This document shows positions 10,854 through 20,972 of a stretch of DNA of 35,391 nucleotides, piece after piece. The first letter of the stretch is position 1. Each line of letters begins with the position of its first letter. The stretch lies in the IMG/VR virus record IMGVR_UViG_2778261298_000003. The stretch is one strand, 5' to 3'. The position numbers and the translations under genes were made by a program. The DNA is from a virus. Lineage: Duplodnaviria > Heunggongvirae > Uroviricota > Caudoviricetes. The notes below the pieces were generated by a model. That model did not search any database and was not told the DNA's origin. It was given only the letters and a program-made list of their open reading frames with translations.

Positions 10854-11525
10854 TCAGCGACCAATCACCACAACCTGACCACCGTCCCCTTCGTCTGCCG
10901 TGCTGATCTCCTGAGAAACCACGCGTGACCCCACGCGCATTTCCCCGTACAGAACAGGCAGAACATTGCCCTGGGCAACCATGTTATCCAGTGAGGAGAA
11001 ATAGGTGTTCTGCTTACCGTTATCCGTTGTCTGTGTACGGGGAGTTCTGGCTTTCGGTGCCAGCATCTGCGCCACACCACCGAGCACCATACTGGCACCG
11101 AGAGAAAACAGGATGCCGGTCATACCACCGGCCCCAATGGCTGCCCCCCATGCTGCAAGGGTGGCTCCGGCGGTAAAGAATGATCCGGCAATGGCGGCAG
11201 CCCCCAGGACAATCTGGAATACGCCACCTGACTTGGCCCCGGCGACTCTGGGAACAATATGAATCACAGCGCCATCAGGCAGAGTCTCATGTAACTGCGC
11301 CGTTAACCCGGACGTGCTGACGTCCCGCCCGGCAATCCGTACCTGATACCAGCCGTCGCTCAGTTTCTGACGAAACGCCGGGAGCTGTGTGGCCAGTGCC
11401 CGGATGGCTTCAGCCCCCGTTTTCACACGAAGGTCGATGCGGCGACCAAATCGTTGTAAATCCCCGTAAAGGCAGATGCGCGCCATGCCCGGTGACGCCA
11501 GAGGGAGTGTGTGCGTCGCTGCCAT
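10854..11525 (-). CDS. I: Tail assembly protein I
   Basis: 223 aa; overlaps the 3' end of K by about 100 bp, as in lambda. Confidence 0.9.
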   Translation of the reverse strand: MAATHTLPLASPGMARICLYGDLQRFGRRIDLRVKTGAEAIRALATQLPAFRQKLSDGWYQVRIAGRDVSTSGLTAQLHETLPDGAVIHIVPRVAGAKSGGVFQIVLGAAAIAGSFFTAGATLAAWGAAIGAGGMTGILFSLGASMVLGGVAQMLAPKARTPRTQTTDNGKQNTYFSSLDNMVAQGNVLPVLYGEMRVGSRVVSQEISTADEGDGGQVVVIGR

Positions 11526-12166
11526 TTGTCGGTGTACCTCTCTCGTTTGCTCAGTTGTTCAGGAATATGGTGCAGCAGCTCGCCGTCGCCGCAGTAAATT
11601 GCGGCGTGATTCGGCACCGATGAACCAAAACAGCACAGCAGCACATCGCCCGGCTGTGCCGCTGACAACGGCACCTGATACAGCCCCGTCGCCTCCAGAT
11701 TATCCAGATAGAGATTCTGGCCGTTACGCCACCAGTCATCCTCACGATGAAAGTCCGGCATCTCAATCCCCGCCAGATGATAAGCATCCCGGAACAGTGT
11801 GTAACAGTCCGTCACACCGTGCTCAAAGCGCCGCCCGGTGAGATGCGGCACACAGCGGAACTTATGAATCGTCCCCCGGCAGACCAGCCACCACGGCAAA
11901 TCACTCTGCACCTGCAGCCGCCGGTCGGCCTCACTCAGCCAGGGCAGACCACCGGGGTGGCTGTGGACCAGCGCCACAATCTCACCCTGCATTTCTGCCT
12001 GCAGCCAGTCTTCCGGCGACATACGGAAATACGCCTCCGGCTCACCGGAGATATTCACGCAGGGGAAATATCTTTCCCCCTCCGGCGTGCTTACCACGAA
12101 GCCGCACGACTCCGCTGGCGCACATCGCCGGGCGTGCGCCAGAATCGCTGATTCTGTCTGTGTCAT
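11423..12166 (-). CDS. K: Tail assembly protein K (N-terminal JAB/MPN metalloprotease-like domain, C-terminal NlpC/P60-like domain)
   Basis: 247 aa from the ATG at 12164-12166, 5 nt after the L stop; JAMM-like motif HSHPGG...SEAD in the N-terminal region. Confidence 0.85.
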   Translation of the reverse strand: MTQTESAILAHARRCAPAESCGFVVSTPEGERYFPCVNISGEPEAYFRMSPEDWLQAEMQGEIVALVHSHPGGLPWLSEADRRLQVQSDLPWWLVCRGTIHKFRCVPHLTGRRFEHGVTDCYTLFRDAYHLAGIEMPDFHREDDWWRNGQNLYLDNLEATGLYQVPLSAAQPGDVLLCCFGSSVPNHAAIYCGDGELLHHIPEQLSKRERYTDKWQRRTHSLWRHRAWRASAFTGIYNDLVAASTFV

Positions 12167-12171
12167 GGGAT

Positions 12172-12870
12172 TTACTGCGAAAGTTTGTTAATGGAAAGGA
12201 AGCCGCCAAAGTTGCCGACGTTATTGCGGAACTTACAACCGCTCAGGCATTTGCTGCATTTATCCTTCGTGATATCGGACGTTGGCTGGTCATATTCATC
12301 CGCGACAGCCGGACCGCTATAACCGCACTCGTCACCGCGATAGGTCCAGGTGCAGGTGTTGGCCAGCATGATACGTCCCGGAAAAACAGCGCCATCCGTT
12401 TCCGTCGGCGTGGACAGTACAAAAGAGGCACTCACCGCGCTCAGTTCGCTGCACTGCTCAATGCGCCAGCGGCTGATCACCTCCTGCTCCGGATCGGCGC
12501 CACTGTTTCCGTTGACGAAGTTCACCGCATCCAGAAAACGGGCGTAAACCTTACGCCGGACCACCGTTCCACCGACCAGACTCTGCAGATCTTCCGCCAT
12601 CCCGGTGACCATACCGTACAGGTTAGAAACCGTCAGTGTGGGGCGCGTACTGGTGCCTTTGCCATTCAGTTCAAAACCACTCCCCTGAATGGGATACGGC
12701 TGATACTGTCGCCCCTGCCAGGTGACCGGCTCACCTTTTTCGTTCTGCTCATTACAGAAAAAATAACGTTCTCCACCGACCTCTGTCAGGTCGATTTCCC
12801 AGAGCACCACGCTGGCCGACTGCTCCGCACGGGTGCATTCATTCAGTGTTTCCTGCCGGATATCCTGCAT
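12172..12870 (-). CDS. L: Tail tip assembly protein L
   Basis: 232 aa (MQDIRQETLNECTRAEQSASVVLWEIDL...), lambda L-like. Confidence 0.95.
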   Translation of the reverse strand: MQDIRQETLNECTRAEQSASVVLWEIDLTEVGGERYFFCNEQNEKGEPVTWQGRQYQPYPIQGSGFELNGKGTSTRPTLTVSNLYGMVTGMAEDLQSLVGGTVVRRKVYARFLDAVNFVNGNSGADPEQEVISRWRIEQCSELSAVSASFVLSTPTETDGAVFPGRIMLANTCTWTYRGDECGYSGPAVADEYDQPTSDITKDKCSKCLSGCKFRNNVGNFGGFLSINKLSQ

Positions 12871-13199
12871 CAGTTCACCACCTGTTCAAACTCTGCGCTG
12901 AACTCAACACGCAGCATACTGACCCGCGACGACCATTTTGCGCAGGTCACCTTTATCTGCCGCCACTCATAAGGCGGCGTCCACAGAAAGGCTTTCCAGC
13001 CCCCGTGCTCAGCCAGAAACGACTCCAGCGCCGTGGCCTCCCAACGGGGAACAGAAAGCGTCACGCTGTACGTTTTCAGGTCGGCATTCAGCCCGGCAGG
13101 CGCTCGCTGGGAATAGCCATCACCAAAGCGCACTTTCCTGACGGAAGGGGCCGAAGCCACATCCATACCGGGTTTCACTTTCCAGCGGAAGGTCTTCAT
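12870..13199 (-). CDS. M: Tail tip assembly protein M
   Basis: 109 aa; start overlaps the H stop. Confidence 0.95.
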   Translation of the reverse strand: MKTFRWKVKPGMDVASAPSVRKVRFGDGYSQRAPAGLNADLKTYSVTLSVPRWEATALESFLAEHGGWKAFLWTPPYEWRQIKVTCAKWSSRVSMLRVEFSAEFEQVVN

Positions 13200-15775
13200 C
13201 GTCCACCTCCGGAGAACAGACCACCATCGCGCATCTGTGCCTGAATTTCATCACGGGCACCCTTGCGGGCCATGTCATACACTGCCTTCATCATCTGTGG
13301 ACCTGGCAGACCATTCGTACCGTCGTTCTGAATCACCACGTGATTGTTCTGATTAAAATTAATGCCTTCAGCCCGCCGCATCTGCGCCGGACTTCCGGCA
13401 CCGCCCACATAACCACCTTCCGCATAGCCCCGCATCAGGCGGTACAGGTTGCCGACACCAATTCGGCTGGTTGCCTCCTTCGTGAAGACAAATTCACCAC
13501 GGTGAACAATCCCCGCTGGCTCATATTTGCCGCCGGTTCCCGTAAATCCTCCGGTTGCAAAATGGAATTTCGCCGCAGCGGCCTGAATGGCTGTACCGCC
13601 TGATGCGGATGCGCCGCCACCAACAGCCCCGCCAATGGCGCTACCGATACTCCCGACAATCCCCACCATTGCCTGCTTAAGCAGAATTTCTGTCATCATG
13701 GACAGCACGGAACGGGTGAAGCTGCGCCAGTTCTGCTCACTGCCGGTCAGCATCGCCGCCATATTCTGCGCAATACCATCAAAGGTCTGCGTGGCTGCAC
13801 TTTTAACCTGCGACATACTGTCCGTGGCGCTCTCTTCCCACTCACTCCAGCCGGACCTGAGGCCTGCCATCCAGCTCCCGCGAAGCTGGTCTTCAGCCGC
13901 CCAGGTCTTTTTCTGCTCTGACATGACGTTATTCAGCGCCAGCGAATTATCGCCATACTGTTCCTTCAGGCGCTGTTCTGTGGCTTCCCGCGCTGCCTGC
14001 CGGTCAGTAAGCCCCCGGTTTTTCGCCTCAATGGCTGCCCGTTTTGCCCGTTGTTGCTGTGCGAACTTATCCGCCTGCTGCGCCAGCGCGTTCAGGCGCT
14101 CCTGATACGTAACCTTGTCGCCAAGTGCAGCCAGCTGGCGTTTGTACTCCAGCGTCTCATCTTTATGCGCCAGCAGGGATTTCTCCTGTGCGGACAGCTG
14201 GCGACGTTGCGCCGCCTCCTCCAGTACCGCGAACTGACTCTCCGCCTTCCACAAATCCCGGCGCTGCTGGCTGATTTTCTCATTTGCTCCGGCATGCTTC
14301 TCCAGCGTCCGGAGTTCAGCCTGAAGCGTCAGCAGGGCAGCATGAGCACTGTCTTCCTGACGATCGCCCGCAGACACTTTCACGCCGGACTGTTTCGGCT
14401 TTTTCAGCGTCGCTTCATAATCCTTTTTCGCCGCCGCCATCAGCGTGTTGTAATCTGCCTGCAGGATTTTCCCGTCTTTCAGTGCCTTGTTCAGTTCTTC
14501 CTGACGGGCGGTATATTTCTCCAGCGGCGTCTGCAGGCGTTCGTAAGCCTTCTGCGCCTCTTCGGTATATTTCAGCCGTGATGCCTCAGACTCGGCCCAG
14601 TCCTTTGCTGCCATCTCTCTGGCCTTTTCAAGATCGGCCTGCAACGTGGCGGCTGAAAGCCCAAGTTGCGCATTCGCTCTGTCCTCCCATGCTCCCCGGA
14701 GATTGGCAAGAAATGCTGAGGTTTTACCGCGCCGGTGGCTTCGGCTCTGATACCACTGCCATTTTTTGTCCGCCTCATCAAAAGCCTTTTCTGCTTTCTC
14801 CAGCATTCCCTGGGCAGTGTCCGGGCGACCAATATCCAGCACCGAATCCCACATGGATTTGAATGCCCGTGCTGTCCTGTCTGCCCAGGTCTCCAGCGTG
14901 CCCATGTTCTCTTTCAGGCGGCGGGTCTGGTCATCAAACCCTTTCGTTGCGGCCTCGTTCGCCGCCTGCAATGCCCCGGCTTCATCTCCGGAACGCTGCA
15001 ACTGAGCAACATACGCAATCTGCTCCGCCGTCACGTTATGGAACTGACGTGCCATCGCTGTCAGTCCCGACGTCGGGTCTGTGGTCAGCTTCCCGAAGGC
15101 TTCAGCGACCTTGTCCACCTCCACGCCGGATGCAGAGGAGAAACGCGCCACACTCTGGCTGATCGCCTCAAACTGCTCACCACCACGCACACCGGCATTC
15201 ACCAGCGCCGTCAGTGACTCGCTGGTCTGGTTAAACGTCAGCCCTGCCGCCTGCCCGGCTCTGGACAGGGCCAGAATACGATCTGCCGTCAGTCCCGCCT
15301 GATTGCCGGAAAGGACCAGCGTTTTGTTGAAATCGGACAGGGTTGAGTTGCCCTGATACCAGGCATACGCCAGCGCACCGGTCGCCACCGCCAGCGAGGT
15401 GGCCCCCACCATCGGCAGGGTGATCGCACCGGCAAGCCCCCTGAACATGGGGATCATCCCGCCGAAGGAGTCCTTAACCTGACCACCCTGTTGCAGCAGG
15501 ATCAGCCACGGACTTTGCCCGCCTGCAAGCTGCGTGGCCACGTCGGTGAACTGTGCAGGCAGCATACGCATGGCGGCTTTATACTGCCCGACGGAAATCC
15601 CCGCTTTCTGTGCAGCCAGCGCCTGTCGGCTCAGCGACTGTTCAACGACTGCCGCTGTTTTTTTCGCATCAGTTTCCGTACCGGAAAAATGACGCCTGAC
15701 TCTGGCCATCTGCTCGTCAAATCTGGCCGCATCCAGACTTAAATCAACGACCAGATCGCCTACCGGTTCAGCCAT
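13196..15775 (-). CDS. H: Tail tape measure protein H
   Basis: 859 aa, coiled-coil-rich, Gly-rich C-terminal segment; lambda H-like. Confidence 0.95.
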   Translation of the reverse strand: MAEPVGDLVVDLSLDAARFDEQMARVRRHFSGTETDAKKTAAVVEQSLSRQALAAQKAGISVGQYKAAMRMLPAQFTDVATQLAGGQSPWLILLQQGGQVKDSFGGMIPMFRGLAGAITLPMVGATSLAVATGALAYAWYQGNSTLSDFNKTLVLSGNQAGLTADRILALSRAGQAAGLTFNQTSESLTALVNAGVRGGEQFEAISQSVARFSSASGVEVDKVAEAFGKLTTDPTSGLTAMARQFHNVTAEQIAYVAQLQRSGDEAGALQAANEAATKGFDDQTRRLKENMGTLETWADRTARAFKSMWDSVLDIGRPDTAQGMLEKAEKAFDEADKKWQWYQSRSHRRGKTSAFLANLRGAWEDRANAQLGLSAATLQADLEKAREMAAKDWAESEASRLKYTEEAQKAYERLQTPLEKYTARQEELNKALKDGKILQADYNTLMAAAKKDYEATLKKPKQSGVKVSAGDRQEDSAHAALLTLQAELRTLEKHAGANEKISQQRRDLWKAESQFAVLEEAAQRRQLSAQEKSLLAHKDETLEYKRQLAALGDKVTYQERLNALAQQADKFAQQQRAKRAAIEAKNRGLTDRQAAREATEQRLKEQYGDNSLALNNVMSEQKKTWAAEDQLRGSWMAGLRSGWSEWEESATDSMSQVKSAATQTFDGIAQNMAAMLTGSEQNWRSFTRSVLSMMTEILLKQAMVGIVGSIGSAIGGAVGGGASASGGTAIQAAAAKFHFATGGFTGTGGKYEPAGIVHRGEFVFTKEATSRIGVGNLYRLMRGYAEGGYVGGAGSPAQMRRAEGINFNQNNHVVIQNDGTNGLPGPQMMKAVYDMARKGARDEIQAQMRDGGLFSGGGR

Positions 15776-16202
15776 ACCGGACTCCTCCTGCGATCCCTTC
15801 TGATACTGTCATCAGCATTACGTCATCCTCCGTCATGTCCGCCACATCCGGGGAAGCGGGGATAACTTCATTCCCGTCCGGGCCAAAACGAACGCCTCCG
15901 GCAAGCCCTGCCGCTTTCTGCATCAGCACATCATCTTCAGGCTCTTCGTCAGCCTCGCGCCGGTTCAGCAGACTGAAATCCAGCGGATGCATATCCGGAT
16001 CGCTGAAAAACAGGCTGAGCACGGTGTACGTCAGCCCGGAAAAGTGCATATCCAGCAGAACATCATGAAAATAATGGGTACTGTAAAAGCGGTGCCAGTC
16101 GGCATACTCCGTGGATGACATCCCGGCAAGCATGGCACGCCAGTCGGGTCGCCCCATCTCGCGCGCCAGTTTCAGGGCAAAACTCAGCTCACCGTCGAAC
16201 AC
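15768..16202 (-). CDS. T: Tail assembly chaperone T frame (expressed as G-T fusion by -1 frameshift)
   Basis: 144-aa frame beginning at the 3' end of G in the -1 frame; lambda T-like. Confidence 0.85.
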   Translation of the reverse strand: MFDGELSFALKLAREMGRPDWRAMLAGMSSTEYADWHRFYSTHYFHDVLLDMHFSGLTYTVLSLFFSDPDMHPLDFSLLNRREADEEPEDDVLMQKAAGLAGGVRFGPDGNEVIPASPDVADMTEDDVMLMTVSEGIAGGVRYG

Positions 16203-16606
16203 TTTCCCGCAGAAACAGGCTCTGCAGGCCCGGCATCCTCTGCCTGTTCAGGGGCATCATTCACCACAAACTCATACATACCGGACAGCCGGTACACCAC
16301 GTTTTCAGCATGAGAAATTGCCTCTGTAGGCCAGGTGGTAAGCACTTCCTGCTCAATCTGTTTAACGGCTTCATTCATGGAAGGCATCTGCGTCTTCTGC
16401 GGATGGTTATGCCACAGGGACATCGCCACCACACAAGCACCGGTTCTGATGGCGTCTTCCACAGTAAACTTCCGGTTGCTGTCTGACTCCGCCTGTTCTG
16501 CCTGCCGTTTCATCAGGGCGAGATGCTCAATACGCTGCAGGGCTGACAGTTCAGAAAGCGTGACGGTCACACCGTTATGTTCAAATGATTCGGTTTTCAG
16601 GAACAT
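16184..16606 (-). CDS. G: Tail assembly chaperone G
   Basis: 140 aa (MFLKTESFEHNGVTVTLSELSALQRIEHL...), lambda G-like. Confidence 0.9.
   Translation of the reverse strand: MFLKTESFEHNGVTVTLSELSALQRIEHLALMKRQAEQAESDSNRKFTVEDAIRTGACVVAMSLWHNHPQKTQMPSMNEAVKQIEQEVLTTWPTEAISHAENVVYRLSGMYEFVVNDAPEQAEDAGPAEPVSAGKCSTVS
16198..16210 (-). other. Programmed -1 ribosomal frameshift slippery heptamer G GGA AAG in the G/T overlap
   Basis: Plus-strand ctttccc at about 16201-16207 is the reverse complement of GGGAAAG, 5 codons upstream of the G stop, as in lambda G-T. Exact position uncertain by 1-2 nt because my reading of the sequence line and the ORF track disagree by one base here. Confidence 0.55.
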
Positions 16607-16621
16607 CGCTGACTCTCCGGA

Positions 16622-17362
16622 TTAACTGGCGGTGACGTTGATTTCTGCAACCGCAGCAAGTTCACCATTACCGGATACGACCGGAATGTTGACCTTGCCT
16701 GCAGCAACACCTTTCACGGTGATGGTCATACCACTGACCGACACGGTGGCTTTTGTTTTATCCGCTGACACCGCACGGAAGCTCTTGTCGGTTGCGCCTT
16801 CCGGCTGGAATGCCACGGTCAGCGTGGTGCTCTGCCCTTTCACCACCGAGGTGCTGGCAGGCGTCACGGTCATGCCGGTTGCCGCTGTGACCGTGCTGTG
16901 ATCTTCTGCCATCGACGGACGGCCCACATTGGTGACCTTCACCGTGCGGGTGATCACTTCCTTCGCCGTCACCGCCTTACCGATACTGCTGACCCAGCCG
17001 CGGAACACATCGACCGTGCCATTCGGGAAGCGGATTTTATAGGCTCGGGTATCCCCTTCATTAAACCACGCCAGCAGCGCCTGCTGCCCCTGCTCTCCGG
17101 GCATCCACGCCAGCGTGAAGCTGGTATCTCCGGCAGATTTCTGCCCCTGCCCGGTCGCAGTCCAGTCCGCATCTTCATCATCGAGATAGCTGTCGTCATA
17201 GGACTCAGCGGTCAGTTCGCCGGGCGTCAGGTCTTTAACTTTAGCCAGACGCGACCAGTCAACGTCTGAAAGCGGGTTCGCATAAGGGTCACCGTTCCCC
17301 TTATAAACCCACAGTGTGGTCCCGGCCCCTTTCACCGGCATTACTGGATTTGGTACAGGCAT
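16622..17362 (-). CDS. V: Major tail tube protein V with C-terminal Ig-like domain
   Basis: Start re-set to the internal ATG at 17360-17362 ([22 protein letters not shown]...), preceded by a GAGGA SD; 246 aa. Confidence 0.9.
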   Translation of the reverse strand: MPVPNPVMPVKGAGTTLWVYKGNGDPYANPLSDVDWSRLAKVKDLTPGELTAESYDDSYLDDEDADWTATGQGQKSAGDTSFTLAWMPGEQGQQALLAWFNEGDTRAYKIRFPNGTVDVFRGWVSSIGKAVTAKEVITRTVKVTNVGRPSMAEDHSTVTAATGMTVTPASTSVVKGQSTTLTVAFQPEGATDKSFRAVSADKTKATVSVSGMTITVKGVAAGKVNIPVVSGNGELAAVAEINVTAS

Positions 17363-17369
17363 AGCGTCC

Positions 17370-17765
17370 TCACATTTCATAGGTAATGACATAAGTCAGA
17401 TCGGCTGAACTCCACAGGCCCGCATCATCGTCGCGCCGGTAGTCATAGCCGCTGGCCACCATACTGGTGATCAAATCTGACAGTGCCGGGATATCGCTCA
17501 TCACCGGATAAATCCGGGACTCCATCCACGAATCCAGCTCTGAATCCGGCACCTGAGCAGGCAGGAAAACTTCAATATGCAGCTCCGCCTGCCAGGTATC
17601 GCTGTCCAGCTCTTCGCCCGTGTATTCAGCGCCGGTGAGATAAACGGCAATTGCCGGAAAATCCGCCTCATCAAAAACAGCGGGGCGACCATCAAAAAGC
17701 GTCGCCCCGGTGTCATGCTTCTCCAGTGCATCCAGTACGGCTGCACGGAGTTCAGTATGTTTCAT
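17370..17765 (-). CDS. U: Tail terminator protein U
   Basis: 131 aa ([22 protein letters not shown]...). Confidence 0.9.
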   Translation of the reverse strand: MKHTELRAAVLDALEKHDTGATLFDGRPAVFDEADFPAIAVYLTGAEYTGEELDSDTWQAELHIEVFLPAQVPDSELDSWMESRIYPVMSDIPALSDLITSMVASGYDYRRDDDAGLWSSADLTYVITYEM

Positions 17766-18340
17766 CGCTTTATTACCATTCTCAGTTGATGCTGCAGCGC
17801 ATAGCCCAGCTCTTTCGGAAGACGTTCACGCCGTATCCGTTCAATATTCTGTTTAAACGCCGTGGTAAGCGGCACCGCCATCGGGATTTTCACCACATCA
17901 ATGGGGTAACGGTTTTTCCCGGCCACACGCTGCATGACATGCCACCGGCCATTTTTCAGTTGCTGAATAAACGCGCCGGGAATACGACGGTTTCCCACCA
18001 CAAGCACGCTGCCGCCACCTTTCAGGGATGAACGCTGCCCCTTTTTACGACGTCTGCGGCGGGAAAGGACAACCCGCGCGTTACCCAGCTTGATTACGGG
18101 CAAATCCCCCCGGTTAACCCTGATTCTGGCCTGCGGATTTTTGACCGTGGCCCTTTTCAGCCTGGCCCTTTCCTTTACCAGTTTCCGGCGTACCTTTGTC
18201 TCACGGGCAACCTGTGACGCAGACTGCGATATCGCGGATGACGCAACGCGGTTAATGGCCATTGCGGCGGCACCAGGCACCGCCGTTTTGCTGATACGGC
18301 TGAGGTTTTCAACGGCCTGCTCAAGACCTTTTATGGCCAT
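17762..18340 (-). CDS. Z: Tail completion protein Z
   Basis: 192 aa (MAIKGLEQAVENLSRISKT...). Confidence 0.9.
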   Translation of the reverse strand: MAIKGLEQAVENLSRISKTAVPGAAAMAINRVASSAISQSASQVARETKVRRKLVKERARLKRATVKNPQARIRVNRGDLPVIKLGNARVVLSRRRRRKKGQRSSLKGGGSVLVVGNRRIPGAFIQQLKNGRWHVMQRVAGKNRYPIDVVKIPMAVPLTTAFKQNIERIRRERLPKELGYALQHQLRMVIKR

Positions 18341-18351
18341 ACATCCCCCTT

Positions 18352-18705
18352 TCAGCGGCGACGGTTAACGGCAGGCGGCACGCCACGCCCAAGCCAGAGA
18401 TGACAGCTTCCGCCATCATCCGGCGAAATCCGGTCCACCCAGAAGTTTTCCTCGCCGATGGTCAGTGTGTCTCCACGCCGCAGCTGCCGCACATCATCAG
18501 TCCGGACAAACAGGGACGGGCTGGAGCCTTCAACGCGCACCCCCTGTCCGGCATAGCTGATATTTTCAGGGTCATCAAAAACACCACGTATCACAGCACC
18601 GGACAGCTCACCGGATGTCATGGTGGCTGACGTTCCCATGTACCCGCGTATCGTTTCATCGGCGCGGGCAATGGCAGCATCGAACAGGTTATCGGAATCA
18701 GCCAC
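18352..18705 (-). CDS. FII: Head-tail connector protein FII
   Basis: 117 aa (MADSDNLFDAAIARADETIRGYMG...); first codon appears to be GTG as read. Confidence 0.9.
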   Translation of the reverse strand: MADSDNLFDAAIARADETIRGYMGTSATMTSGELSGAVIRGVFDDPENISYAGQGVRVEGSSPSLFVRTDDVRQLRRGDTLTIGEENFWVDRISPDDGGSCHLWLGRGVPPAVNRRR

Positions 18706-18716
18706 AGCGCCTCCCG

Positions 18717-19112
18717 TTATTGCATTCTGGCCAGGCCATGTTCTGTCATTTCGGCTGCCACACCGGCAGAGACACGAAACGCCGTTCCCGGCAGCACAAA
18801 TGCCACAGGCTCATCCCGCGTGGCGTGAAGTGCATCAGTATGCAGCGTCACCAGTGCCACGACCGTGACCAGAGCAGCCGTATCAATCACGGTATCCGGC
18901 TGCGCTGATACCACCTCATTTTCATGTCCGGTCAGCGCATTTTCCGGGCTGACAGATGTGTCCTGACCGGCAGCGTCATCCGTGTCATCAAGCTCCTCTT
19001 CCAGCTCTGCCACACGGAGCACCAGTTCTTCTTTCGTCCCCGTCAGGCTGACATCACGGTTCAGTTGCTCACCCAGCACCTGAAGACGGGCAATCAGTTC
19101 ATCTTTCGTCAT
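18717..19112 (-). CDS. FI: DNA packaging protein FI
   Basis: ORF-track frame extends to 19151; start re-set to the internal ATG at 19110-19112 (MTKDELIARLQVLGEQLNRD...), 131 aa. Confidence 0.85.
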   Translation of the reverse strand: MTKDELIARLQVLGEQLNRDVSLTGTKEELVLRVAELEEELDDTDDAAGQDTSVSPENALTGHENEVVSAQPDTVIDTAALVTVVALVTLHTDALHATRDEPVAFVLPGTAFRVSAGVAAEMTEHGLARMQ

Positions 19113-19153
19113 GGACTCCTCCACAGAGAGAAAATGGCCCCGAAGGGCCATGA

Positions 19154-20179
19154 TTACGCCAGTTGTACGGACACGAACGCATCAGGATCAGCCAGCAGCA
19201 TCAGCGGTGCTGACTGAATCATGGTGAACTCACGCGCCGGATCGCCGGTGGTCACCCAGTTTTTCGGGTAGCGGGCAGAGGCGTTAATACCTTCGCGCTG
19301 TGCGTCCGCATCCTGAATGCAGCCATAGGTGCGCAGACCGCGTGCCTGAGTGTTCCCCAGCACCATCGTGTTGTCCGGCAGGAAGTTCTTTTTGACGTCG
19401 TTTTCCACGTACTGTCCGGAATACACGACGATCGCCGTATCGCCATACATCCCCTTATAGGACACCGCTTCGCCCAGGTCTTTTACCGCTGTCTCCAGCT
19501 CGGAATTAGAGCCGCGACGGGTATCCAGCTTCTCCTTGACGGCTTTGAAGGAACGGAACAGCGCCCAGCCTTTCGGATCAAACACGATGATATTCACCAC
19601 GCCGCTGGCGTTCAGCGCATAGGCTTCGATATCGTCGGTCGGGTCATACGTGGACTTGTCACGCTTGCTCCACTCCGTACCACCGGACTGTGTGATGTTG
19701 TTCGCCGCACTGCGGCCCATATCCACCTCAACCGGATCGAAGGCTTCACCGGTCATGGTGTATTTGCCCTTAAGCACAGCAGAAACTGCCTGCATCTCTT
19801 CGACCTGAGCAATGGCCAGCTCTTCGTCTCGCATGTTCTGCATGATGATGCGACGGCGGCGGTAAGCCGGGTCCGCCAGATTCTGCGGATCTTCATCCGG
19901 CAGGCGACGCAGGGTCATCTGCGGATTCACCTCATGCTTGGGTTTGACATATCCCGGCGTAAATTCAGAGGTGGAGCCGCCACGGGAACGGATAACCTCA
20001 CCGGAAACAATCGGCGAAACGTACAGCGCCATGTTTACCAGTCCCGGAATTTGTGAGAGATAGACTTTCTCCGTGGTGAAGGGATAGCTCTCACGGAAAA
20101 AGAGACGCAGAAACAGCGGATCAAACTTAAATTTCTGCTCATTTGCCGCCAGCAGCTGGGCGGTTGTGTACATCGACAT
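19154..20179 (-). CDS. E: Major capsid protein E
   Basis: Start re-set to the ATG at 20177-20179 (MSMYTTAQLLAANEQKFKFDPLFLRLFF...), 341 aa; lambda gpE-like over its length. Confidence 0.95.
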   Translation of the reverse strand: MSMYTTAQLLAANEQKFKFDPLFLRLFFRESYPFTTEKVYLSQIPGLVNMALYVSPIVSGEVIRSRGGSTSEFTPGYVKPKHEVNPQMTLRRLPDEDPQNLADPAYRRRRIIMQNMRDEELAIAQVEEMQAVSAVLKGKYTMTGEAFDPVEVDMGRSAANNITQSGGTEWSKRDKSTYDPTDDIEAYALNASGVVNIIVFDPKGWALFRSFKAVKEKLDTRRGSNSELETAVKDLGEAVSYKGMYGDTAIVVYSGQYVENDVKKNFLPDNTMVLGNTQARGLRTYGCIQDADAQREGINASARYPKNWVTTGDPAREFTMIQSAPLMLLADPDAFVSVQLA

Positions 20180-20234
20180 AAAAAAATCCCGTAAAAAAAG
20201 CCGCACAGGCGGCCTTTAGTGATGAAGGGTAAAG

Positions 20235-20567
20235 TTAAACGATGCTGATTGCCGTTCCGGCAAACGCGGTCCGTTTTTTCGTCTCGTCGCTGGCAGCCTC
20301 CGGCCAGAGCACATCCTCATAACGGAACGTGCCGGACTTGTAGAACGTCAGCGTGGTGCTGGTCTGGTCAGCATCAACCGCCAGAATGCCAACGGCAGTA
20401 CCGTCGGTGGTGCCATCCCACGCAACCAGCTTACGGGTGGAGGTGTCCAGCATCAGCGGGGTCATTGCAGGCGCTTTCGCACTCAATCCGCCGGGCGCGG
20501 TTGCCGTATGAGCCGGGTCACTGTTGCCCAGCGGCTGGTAATGGGTAAAGGTTTCTTTGCTCGTCAT
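20235..20567 (-). CDS. D: Capsid decoration protein D
   Basis: Start re-set to the ATG at 20565-20567 ([27 protein letters not shown]...), 110 aa. Confidence 0.95.
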   Translation of the reverse strand: MTSKETFTHYQPLGNSDPAHTATAPGGLSAKAPAMTPLMLDTSTRKLVAWDGTTDGTAVGILAVDADQTSTTLTFYKSGTFRYEDVLWPEAASDETKKRTAFAGTAISIV

Positions 20568-20576
20568 AAACATCCC

Positions 20577-20972
20577 TTACACTGGTGTGTTCAGCAAATC
20601 GTTAACGGCATCAGATGCCGGGTTACCTGCAGCCAGCGGTGCCGGTGCCCCCTGCATCAGACGATCCAGCGCAGTGTCACTGCGCGCCTGTGCACTCTGT
20701 GGTGCAGCTGCCAGAATGCGGCGGGCCGTTTCCACGGTCATACCGGGGGTTTCTGCCAGCACGCGGGCCTGTTCTTCGCGTCCGTGAGCCTCCTCACAGT
20801 TGAGGATCCCCATAATGCGGCTGTTTTCTGCCGCAACCGCAGCGGTGATCTGCGCGTTCACGTCCGGCTGCGCCGCGCTGGCGTTTTCGCCCTCCGTCGC
20901 TGGCACCACGTCAGTAACGTCAGCCTGCGAAGCAGTGGCTGAAACAGTTGTTGATTGAGTCTCTTTGGTCAT
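20577..20972 (-). CDS. Nu3: Scaffolding protein Nu3, in-frame C-terminal 131 aa of C (start assignment tentative)
   Basis: Internal Met MTKETQSTTVSATASQ... in the C frame, Ala/Gln-rich acidic tail; the nested arrangement is known for lambda, the exact start here is from memory. Confidence 0.5.
   Translation of the reverse strand: MTKETQSTTVSATASQADVTDVVPATEGENASAAQPDVNAQITAAVAAENSRIMGILNCEEAHGREEQARVLAETPGMTVETARRILAAAPQSAQARSDTALDRLMQGAPAPLAAGNPASDAVNDLLNTPV

Noticed and set aside
11423-12022. Shorter 199-aa version of K starting at an internal Met
   Set aside because: The longer frame starts at a verified ATG directly after the L stop and includes a JAMM-type HSHPGG...SEAD motif upstream of the internal Met, so the full 247-aa frame is preferred.
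12160-12972. Plus-strand 270-aa ORF antisense to L
   Set aside because: Completely overlapped by the L frame on the other strand; no independent support.
13587-15217. Several plus-strand ORFs (172, 176, 192, 160 aa) antisense to H
   Set aside because: Embedded in the tape-measure gene, low-complexity composition, no ribosome-binding sites noted.
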